Shown here: positions 18,596 to 25,448 of the stretch, piece by piece
Position numbering within the stretch: position 1 is the first letter of the stretch
Layout: every line of letters starts with the position of its first letter
From: a bacterium
GTDB taxonomy: Bacteria; Hinthialibacterota; Hinthialibacteria; Hinthialibacterales; Hinthialibacteraceae
Length of the DNA stretch: 25,448 nucleotides
Direction: 5' to 3'
NCBI GenBank assembly: GCA_963663405.2
Contig: CAXXSM010000084.1
Coordinates: forward strand, 1 to 25,448
Notes under the pieces: model-generated
The model's input: only the letters and a program-made list of their open reading frames with translations
Database searches by the model: none
Told to the model about the DNA's origin: nothing
Made by a program: the position numbers and the translations under genes

Positions 18596-19132
18596 ATGGC
18601 GGATAATCGGATGACTTTCCAAGTAGAACAAAACGTAGTCAAACCCAACCTTGGGATCTGTAAAATTATTGCTGTACGCCGGATGCAGGTGGAAGGCAAA
18701 GAACAGCAGTTTTATGTTTTGCAATCCGGCGATGTCAAAGTGATGGTGCCGTTCGCTCACGCTCACACGGGTGGATTGCGCCTTCCTTTAGACGAGCAGG
18801 GAATTGAAAAACTCTTTGATTATCTACAGGAACCGATCCCCGCGCCAGATCCTCAAACCGATATTGATGACATGTATCCTGTTGACGTAGATCAAGCGAA
18901 GGATGAAATTAAACAACGCGATCCTGATGTCATCTCGAAATGGATCAAAACCCTGTTCTACAAAGAAAAAACGGTTGAATTATCCAAAGGGGAAGCGGAT
19001 ATATACAAGAACGCCTTAGCCTTGCTCGCGGAAGAAATCGCGCATGTGAATCATATCAGCCGCCTTAAAGCGTCCAACCGGATCAAATCGATCTTGAAAA
19101 CTGGACGCAGCGCCGAGCAGGATGCGTCATAA
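18596..19132 (+). CDS. carD: CarD-family transcriptional regulator (divergent)
   Basis: Pattern FQV...VV.P..G.C.I......V.G....FYVL...VMVP......GLR, followed by a helical C-domain with L..EIA.V. Confidence 0.75.
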   Translation: MADNRMTFQVEQNVVKPNLGICKIIAVRRMQVEGKEQQFYVLQSGDVKVMVPFAHAHTGGLRLPLDEQGIEKLFDYLQEPIPAPDPQTDIDDMYPVDVDQAKDEIKQRDPDVISKWIKTLFYKEKTVELSKGEADIYKNALALLAEEIAHVNHISRLKASNRIKSILKTGRSAEQDAS

Positions 19133-19365
19133 TACGGTTCTTCCAGAGAGTAAACTGCCTATATTCCACCTGCGATACATTCTCCTGACTGAAAACTTCG
19201 TGTATGATATATAGATGAAGAGACGGCATAACGGCTCCCGAGAGTCATACTTTTTTGCGCTGCTGGAATTTCTCTTTATACCGTGTCACGTAGAAGGGAA
19301 ATTCATTCTTGTTGTTTCGCTGATTCATCCGGGATGGTTTGAGGATTTGTAGTAAGGAGACGTGA

Positions 19366-19764
19366 ATGATAGGGTATTTCGACACCGAGTTGGGACGCGT
19401 GCAAATATCTCCTACGATCGTCCGCCGTGTGATCCAGAGAGAAGTAGAAAAAAGCCGCCATTTTCGGTTTCCCGGCACGAAAAATGGAGAATCCATCAAC
19501 CGGAAAACCTTAGAGCGGTGTGTCTGTGTCAACTTTGTGGAAGGTTCAGTCGAGGCGACTCTCATTTTGGCGGTTCTCTATCAATCGCGGATTATCAAGG
19601 AGGCGCGGGAACTGCAGGGAAAAATCGTCCGCGCCCTTCAATTGGGCACGGGATTGAACGTGCGCAAGGTCTCCATTAATGTAGAGAGCGTCTTTGAAGA
19701 ACAGATCCGGCAGCCGTTGCTGCTGGAAAGTGAAATGGAAACAGTCGACGCAGTCAACCAATAA
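19366..19764 (+). CDS. Asp23/Gls24 family envelope stress protein
   Basis: Pattern ELGRVQIS..IV, I..LQ..I..AL...TGL.V..V.I.VE.V. AAGGAG RBS. Confidence 0.85.
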   Translation: MIGYFDTELGRVQISPTIVRRVIQREVEKSRHFRFPGTKNGESINRKTLERCVCVNFVEGSVEATLILAVLYQSRIIKEARELQGKIVRALQLGTGLNVRKVSINVESVFEEQIRQPLLLESEMETVDAVNQ

Positions 19765-19896
19765 AGACGAAACAGCAATAAATCGAAACCAATAATAATA
19801 CCCATCAATATAGGTATTGATTGACTTGCCATACACAGCATAGAGTTAAATTTCGTCTCACAGGGCCTTGGATATCGCTAGAGTAATAAAAAACAA

Positions 19897-20598
19897 ATGA
19901 AACAATTTACCCTCATCCTTTCTTTTCTCTTCTTATTCTGTTTCTCTTTTACCTGTTTGTTAATTTTATTCTGGGATCCATCGATTCTGTTGGGATTAAG
20001 CAAGGCTTTACCTGTCTGGTTTTCGCAAAGCGGTGGAAAAATCATTCTGATCGCATTGACGTTTATTACGCTGGGATGCAGCCTCTCCCTCTTCGCGATG
20101 TCCCTGGGTGTGGAACCGGGCGCGCGAAAACATGTGATCGTGGAAAATGAAGCCGGCTCCATCGGCGTCTCGCTGGACGCGGTGGAAGATTTCATTAATC
20201 GCAAAGGCCGTCAAGTCAAAGGCGTGCGTGACTTGTATGTCCGGGCGAACGTAGAGGACGGACGGTTATCTCTCCACACAAAAGTGATTCTTGAATTGCA
20301 TGAAAATGTGCCCGAATTCAGTGAACAATTCCAAAAAAAAATATATCACGAATTGACCGAGACTCTCGGTTTGAAAAATATTAAAGAAGTGCGTGTTTTA
20401 ATTCATAAGATTTTCCCGAAGGAAACAGCCAACGATCCTCTTCTTCTCTCAAATCATCAGCAAGTCTTTTTGAAAGAACCAAAGGAGAAAGCTCAGGATC
20501 GCGCTGAATCACACCCCCCAAATTCATCTCGAAACAACGCCGATTCGGAAGAGGAAATAATAATCCTTTCCGCGAGCAGCGCTGAAGATAAGGAATAG
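19897..20598 (+). CDS. amaP: AmaP-like alkaline shock response membrane anchor
   Basis: Two TM helices, then G.I.VS..AVED.I and an Asp23-like cytosolic domain. Adjacent to the asp23-like gene. Confidence 0.75.
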   Translation: MKQFTLILSFLFLFCFSFTCLLILFWDPSILLGLSKALPVWFSQSGGKIILIALTFITLGCSLSLFAMSLGVEPGARKHVIVENEAGSIGVSLDAVEDFINRKGRQVKGVRDLYVRANVEDGRLSLHTKVILELHENVPEFSEQFQKKIYHELTETLGLKNIKEVRVLIHKIFPKETANDPLLLSNHQQVFLKEPKEKAQDRAESHPPNSSRNNADSEEEIIILSASSAEDKE

Positions 20599-20603
20599 AA
20601 ATC

Positions 20604-20891
20604 ATGAGCATTACCCAAGAAGAAGTCAAGCACATCGCCCTACTGAGCCGCCTGGATTTATCCAGCGAGGAAGTGGAATCCTATACAGGCGAACTCGATC
20701 AGATTCTCCACTACGCTGAAAAACTGAAGGCCCTGGATGTCAGTGGTATCGAACCTCTCTCCCACGCCGTTCCCCAATTCAATGTAGATCAGGACGATGA
20801 GATTCAACCATCCCTGCCCCCCCAAGAGGCTTTGGCGAACGCCCCTGACCAGGAAGACCAATGTTTCCGCGTCCCGCGCGTTACGGAATAA
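20604..20891 (+). CDS. gatC: Asp/Glu-tRNA amidotransferase subunit C
   Basis: Motifs IT.EEV.HIA.LSRL, L..IL.Y.E.L..LD..G.EP.SH, L.NAP, F.VPRV. Confidence 0.95.
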   Translation: MSITQEEVKHIALLSRLDLSSEEVESYTGELDQILHYAEKLKALDVSGIEPLSHAVPQFNVDQDDEIQPSLPPQEALANAPDQEDQCFRVPRVTE

Positions 20892-21646
20892 CCTATCTTC
20901 GCGCATCCCACTGGATCATTTTCCTGCTTGGTTTCGTATTTGGAGGCGCGGTGGGAAATGGCTGGTGTCACGGATCCGATTCTTATAATTTATTGCTCAA
21001 ATTATTCGTCGAGGAATATCAGCAGCGGTATGTCTGCGCGGCCGGTCAAGAAAGCGCCGAATGGGCCGCGTATCCTTTGACTCCCCGTTACGCGTCGTTT
21101 GAAGCGTTGTATTACAACTATCTCCATTACCTCGCGTTTCCCCAAGCGGTTGAATACCCCCCGCCGCGTGATGAGTCGGTCTATCAATCTCATCTGGCGT
21201 TTATTATTTTCCTGAAGAATCCAGTCTCTACACAAAACGCTCTCAAATCGTTGCATTATCAATCCGTCAAGCCTGAATGGTTTACGCTGCAAGTGGATGG
21301 ACACCATCCACGCCAGGCGGAGCGGATTCTTGACGATCCCATCCATCCGATTCCTTCCGTTGGCGCTTCGCGGCCGGATTCCTGTTTGGCGCTCTTTCAG
21401 CGGGAAAAAGAACCTATTCCGGTTCCTGCGGGAACAAAAATTCAAGTCCGGCTTACGCTTACTCTTCCCGAACAATCGAAAGACATTGTATTCCATTGGA
21501 CGCTTCCCGATGAATACCCGTTCAGCAATCCGGCTTATGAATCGGATATTTGGACGGTTGTCAGGGAGCGATACGCCGTCATGCCCCAGCCCACGCACGC
21601 GCCGGGCCGGGAGGTCTACACCGGGCCGCCGCCCGCCAAGAGATAG
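20861..21646 (+). CDS. Hypothetical exported protein
   Basis: 261-aa ORF filling the gap between gatC and the next gene, with a hydrophobic N-terminal stretch. Start uncertain (overlaps gatC by 31 nt). Confidence 0.6.
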   Translation: MFPRPARYGITYLRASHWIIFLLGFVFGGAVGNGWCHGSDSYNLLLKLFVEEYQQRYVCAAGQESAEWAAYPLTPRYASFEALYYNYLHYLAFPQAVEYPPPRDESVYQSHLAFIIFLKNPVSTQNALKSLHYQSVKPEWFTLQVDGHHPRQAERILDDPIHPIPSVGASRPDSCLALFQREKEPIPVPAGTKIQVRLTLTLPEQSKDIVFHWTLPDEYPFSNPAYESDIWTVVRERYAVMPQPTHAPGREVYTGPPPAKR

Positions 21647-21650
21647 GACC

Positions 21651-22241
21651 ATGAAACGACTCGCCTGGATTCTCCTGCTGACCGCTGCTCTATACGGGAT
21701 CGCCCGCGCGCATCTCAACAGTATCTCCTATTCAACGTTCCATGTGCTGGAAAACAAGATTGAATTGGAACTGCGGTTCACACTGATCTGTACGTTGGAA
21801 TTATTCAACATCGATCGCGATTCCGACGGATTTTTAACGCAGGAAGAACTCGATCCAGCGAGCGCCATCATGCTCTATTATTTAAAAAACAAAATTAAAG
21901 TTCTTTCCGGGGGCCGTCAATTGCCGATGGTCTTGGACGATCTTTCATTCATCACGGAGCCGGAAGATTCCTATACAGTGTTCAAAATCACATTCCCCGG
22001 ATATGGAATCATTAAAGATCCAATCATCCTCTGCAACGTGCTGGAAGAAACCGATCCCTATCACCGCAATATTTCAGGGATTGAGATAGGCGATATTGAA
22101 TACACATTCATTTTTACCAATTCCAACTATTTCAACAGCGCTCAAATCCCCCCCTACGTGGAAACCCGCGCTAGAAAAATACAATCCACCACAAGTACAG
22201 TCAAGAACGCCACGGATAGCGTAATTCATCTGATTAAATAG
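21651..22241 (+). CDS. Exported protein with EF-hand-like loop and N-terminal His
   Basis: AGGA RBS before ATG 21651; signal peptide MKRLAWILLL..ARA|H; loop DRDSDGFLTQEE. Confidence 0.75.
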   Translation: MKRLAWILLLTAALYGIARAHLNSISYSTFHVLENKIELELRFTLICTLELFNIDRDSDGFLTQEELDPASAIMLYYLKNKIKVLSGGRQLPMVLDDLSFITEPEDSYTVFKITFPGYGIIKDPIILCNVLEETDPYHRNISGIEIGDIEYTFIFTNSNYFNSAQIPPYVETRARKIQSTTSTVKNATDSVIHLIK

Positions 22242-22300
22242 AAACCGGGTTACTAAATGTGGGTTATTTATTGGAATCGAATCGGTAGAGTATTTTTTTA

Positions 22301-22439
22301 TTGAAACACGGATTTTTTCCGTGTAATCCGTGAATCTCCGAGTCATCCGTGATTCAAACGGAAGCGGATTCGTCTGAACCGTGATTGAAAGGATTACGGG
22401 ATTTACATGATTAATAATCAAGAGAATCAAGGTTCAAAC
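22301..22439. repeat. Two adjacent palindromic elements built of ~9-nt GGATT/AATCC units
   Basis: Inverted repeats TTGAAACACGGAT/ATCCGTGATTCAA (22301-22357) and GTCTGAACCGTGATT/AATCAAGGTTCAAAC (22372-22439). Confidence 0.75.
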
Positions 22440-22551
22440 AATTATAAGGAGTGTACGCCAAGGGAGAGGTTTTTTTTTCAGAAGTAAAAGCGCAAAACAT
22501 CCTCCCTGAATACATTGATTTCTTTTTTTCACATGATACATTCATGTTGAA

Positions 22552-22806
22552 ATGAACGAGAAATAACTATTAAACCAATGTTTGCTGAATCCAAAGAATA
22601 TCAAATTCGATGATTTTGTTGGATTGATTGAAGCGTTCGGTTTTTCTCTAACCAGAATAAACGGAAGCCATCATATTTTCAAACATTCTGGCGTCGGTGA
22701 GTTAATAAATATCCAAAATGCGCATGGGGAAGTGAAATCGTATCAGATACGGCAATTCTTGAAAATCGTGGAGAAGCATAACTTACAAATAGAGGATGAA
22801 TCATGA
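22552..22806 (+). pseudogene. hicA: HicA toxin with a premature stop at codon 5 (or a shortened form from TTG 22582)
   Basis: MNEK*LLNQCLLNPKNIKFDDF..GF...RINGSHHIFKH..INIQ...G.VK.YQI.Q, with TAA at 22564-22566. Confidence 0.75.
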
Positions 22807-23021
22807 AAGATTATCATATAAATATTTTTTATAGTGAAGAAGACGAGGGCTATATCGCTGATATTCCCGATCTGAACTATTGTTCCGCTTTTGGCGACAC
22901 TCCCACCGAAGCCCTGGCGGAAGCTCTTCGAGCCAAAGAGGCATGGCTGCAAGCGGCGATAGAAGAAGGCCGCCCCATACCCCAACCTTCGTATCGTCCC
23001 GTATTTTATCAAGTGGGATAG
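22803..23021 (+). CDS. hicB: HicB antitoxin, short form without a DNA-binding domain
   Basis: Motif YSEEDEGYIADIPDL..CSAFGDTP.EAL.E...A..AWL......G..IP.P. ATGA overlap with hicA. Confidence 0.92.
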   Translation: MKDYHINIFYSEEDEGYIADIPDLNYCSAFGDTPTEALAEALRAKEAWLQAAIEEGRPIPQPSYRPVFYQVG

Positions 23022-23176
23022 AGCTTGTAGATACCATGTTGAAGGCTGACGGAGCGCCAAGAGTAAGGATTTTTTTCTCCCCCCTTCTCTCCGTGTATTT
23101 CTTCCATATCCATAAATATACCCTTAAGATTAATATTGATTCTTCTCGAACATAATCTGCACACGGGGATACTGCA

Positions 23177-24375
23177 ATGAAAACGATCCAAAACAGACGT
23201 TCTTTCATTCAAAAAAGTGGGTTGCTGACGAGTATGGCTTTGGCCGGCTCCAAAGCGTATTCTGGCAATGCGGCTAAACAATATAAAGCGGCGATCATCG
23301 GCCGGACCGGCGCAGGGGATTACGGCCACGGTTTGGACACGATCTTTAACGGGCTTGATAATGTCACGATCGCGGCGGTTGCTGACGCGGATCCGGCAGG
23401 ATTGAAACGGGCGGCCGAACGGTCGGGCGCGCAACGAACCTACGCCGATTTTCATGAAATGCTGGAAAAAGAGAGACCGAATCTCGTCAGCATCGGCCCC
23501 CGTCAACCGGATTGCCACCGCGAAATGGCGTTGGCTGCGATCGAAGTGGGCGCGCATATCTACATGGAAAAACCGATCAGCGAATTCCCAAAAGACGCCG
23601 ATGATATCCTTTCCGCCGCGAAGAAAAAAGGTCTTAAAATCAGCCTGGCGCATACGAAACGGTATATGGATCACTTTCTCTTGATGAAGAAATTAATCGG
23701 TGAGGGATATCTGGGTGATATTCTTGAAATACGCTTCCGTGGAAAACAGGACAGCCGGGTTGGAGGAGAAGATCTGATCGTTTTAGGCTCTCATGACATG
23801 GACATGATGCGGTTTTTCCTGGGCGATCCACAATGGTGTTTCGCGTCGGTTACCGCGAATGGGCGGGATATCACACCGGCGGACGTGCGCAAAGGCCGTG
23901 AGCCCTACACCATCGCTGGAGACACAATCCGCGCGGATTATCAATTTAACAGCAATATTCAATGCCGGTGGTCTTCCGTGAAAGGAACCGGGACCTGGAA
24001 TCAAAATTACAAACATAAAGATAAGACCACGACCAAATGGGGATTTGATATTTACGGCTCAAAACGCCTTCTTTCGCACTTAGAAGGCGTTGGAACGTTT
24101 GTATTGGATTGTCCCTTTTTTGTATTCGGTGATCCGGAATTGAAATGGACGCCGATTGAAACCATCGGTTCCGTTTCAAAACCGGAATTCCTTTCGCATC
24201 CAATCCGTAATCTCATCCATGCGATCGAGACCGATTCCACACCTCAATGCAGCGGCGAAGACGCCCGTTGGGCTGTCGAAATGGTCTGCGCGACCTATCT
24301 TTCGCAACAGTGTAAAGGCCGCGTCCATTCCCATTGGAAATGAGAGATCATCCGTTGAAAGATTTCAAAGGATAA
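23177..24375 (+). CDS. Tat-exported Gfo/Idh/MocA oxidoreductase, probable -1 frameshift near the 3' end
   Basis: Twin-arginine NRRSFIQK, IIGRTG.GDYGH, EKP, GSH..D. As given it stops at 24343; the -1 frame gives FPLEMRDHPLKDFKG to 24375. Confidence 0.85.
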
Positions 24376-24462
24376 GTATGACGGTTTTCAGATTCACCCA
24401 TTCATAGATATAGTGTTCAGTCTTCCCCATCTCATCATATCTTGACAATACCCGTTCAAGTT

Positions 24463-24514
24463 TGAGAATATCGAACGATTCAATATTCTCACCAACATAA
24501 TTTTGTGATATAAT
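24463..24514 (+). promoter_or_regulatory. Palindromic operator candidate plus extended -10
   Basis: TGAGAATATcGAA-cga-TTCaATATTCTCA at 24463-24491; TGATATAAT at 24506-24514; TTGACA at 24442-24447. Confidence 0.5.
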
Positions 24515-24579
24515 GCGCACAGTTTTTACCTTGTCTGTTGCGCAATTCGGTTATTCATTTTATCTGGGAAAGTGGATTC

Positions 24580-25448
24580 ATGGCCACATTGAACCGCGAA
24601 CAATTAATTCAGTACATCAAAAACCTGGAACAAAAAGTTCGGAAATATCAAGCTTTAATAAAAAAACGGGATGAGGAAATCGCGGTTCTTCGTGAAAAAA
24701 TCGAGCAGTTCAATGAGGCGCATAGAGGCGCCGGTTTGGAAATCGATTTAGAACCAGCGCCAGGAATTCATTCAACAGGGGCTATCTCCGTCCATGAAAC
24801 TATCCCCGAACCACCTCCCGACTCCATTCCATCGAAGATTGCATTACGCCCGGATGGCCGTATTAAAAAACCATTGGAAGAACCAGTAGAAGAACCTTTG
24901 ATTCAGGAAGCGTCAAAAGAGGCTCCAAGCGGCGCGGCGTCTGGAGATGCGATCCCGGATTCCGAATCGAGGGATGATGAAACACAAAAACCAGCGGCGC
25001 CCGTTCCGTCCATGAATTTCCAAGCGGGAGAGTTCCTTGAAGCCGTGCTGGATGGAGAAGAAGACGCGGATGCGGTGAAAGCCCGGCTCGAACAGCTCGA
25101 AACCTGCGAAAAAGACGAGCGCCGTAATATCCTGATCGCTCTGACGAGTCTACATTGGTCGATCGTTGAAAAAATGGCTAAACGGATGCCCTTTGAAGAC
25201 CTGATATGGGAAAAACGTTTGTTCATGCGGTACGGCATGTTGGACGACAAACTGATGGCCGATCGGATGGATATATGGAATCAGCTCTATCACGATAAAA
25301 GTGAGCCGGAAGACACAGGCGTCTATTTCCTGGATGAATGGCTGGAAGCCATCGCGCGGGGACGGATCAAGTACAGCACAATCGACGAAATGTCGTTGGA
25401 TGGACGCAAACCCGATCCCCACGCCTCCGGCGAAGTCGCCCTGAAATA
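24580..25448 (+). CDS. Large hypothetical protein, 5' part (runs off the window end)
   Basis: Open from ATG 24580 to the window end by hand translation: coiled coil MATLNREQLIQYIKNLEQKVRKYQ, Pro/Glu linker, then a helical domain LFMRYGMLDDKL..VYFLDEWLEAIARG..STIDE. Absent from the ORF track because there is no stop. Confidence 0.85.
   Translation, partial: MATLNREQLIQYIKNLEQKVRKYQALIKKRDEEIAVLREKIEQFNEAHRGAGLEIDLEPAPGIHSTGAISVHETIPEPPPDSIPSKIALRPDGRIKKPLEEPVEEPLIQEASKEAPSGAASGDAIPDSESRDDETQKPAAPVPSMNFQAGEFLEAVLDGEEDADAVKARLEQLETCEKDERRNILIALTSLHWSIVEKMAKRMPFEDLIWEKRLFMRYGMLDDKLMADRMDIWNQLYHDKSEPEDTGVYFLDEWLEAIARGRIKYSTIDEMSLDGRKPDPHASGEVALK

Noticed and set aside
21297-21650. N-terminal extension of the 314-aa ORF
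   Set aside because: Overlaps the upstream gene, has Arg-rich off-frame composition, and an RBS plus signal peptide begin at 21651.
21002-21718. 238-aa antisense ORF
   Set aside because: Shadow of + strand genes in an otherwise + strand operon; no motifs.
22074-22430. 118-aa ORF (..NHVNPVILS..)
   Set aside because: Translation of the periodic repeat plus antisense of the upstream gene.
23009-23674. 221-aa antisense ORF
   Set aside because: Shadow of the Gfo/Idh/MocA gene.

Overview
Bacterial chromosomal window with no rRNA, tRNA, CRISPR array, integrase or transposase seen. The left half is a mosaic of accessory genes: partial mgtE, tandem-DUF1080 protein, signal-peptide-bearing O-methyltransferase, MBOAT plus SGNH-like partner, rhaM, an AT-rich islet with a secreted orphan, NhaP, a ParDE-like pair, a prepilin-type protein and a GnnA-like dehydrogenase. 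A coupled histidine kinase / DUF62 / GT4 operon follows, then tig-clpP-clpX-carD-asp23-amaP-gatC, two exported unknowns, hicAB, a Tat-type Gfo/Idh/MocA enzyme and a partial large unknown ORF. The most unusual signals are non-coding. (1) A four-copy intergenic element has a conserved leader and a covarying 12-13 bp stem whose loop is either a 32-nt variable segment or a GTAG-type REP doublet. (2) A ~115-bp direct repeat brackets the AT-rich orphan like a cassette. (3) A 9-nt-periodic palindromic repeat pair lies before hicAB. Both toxin genes appear damaged while the antitoxins are intact. All calls come from reading motifs by eye; no database searches were run.
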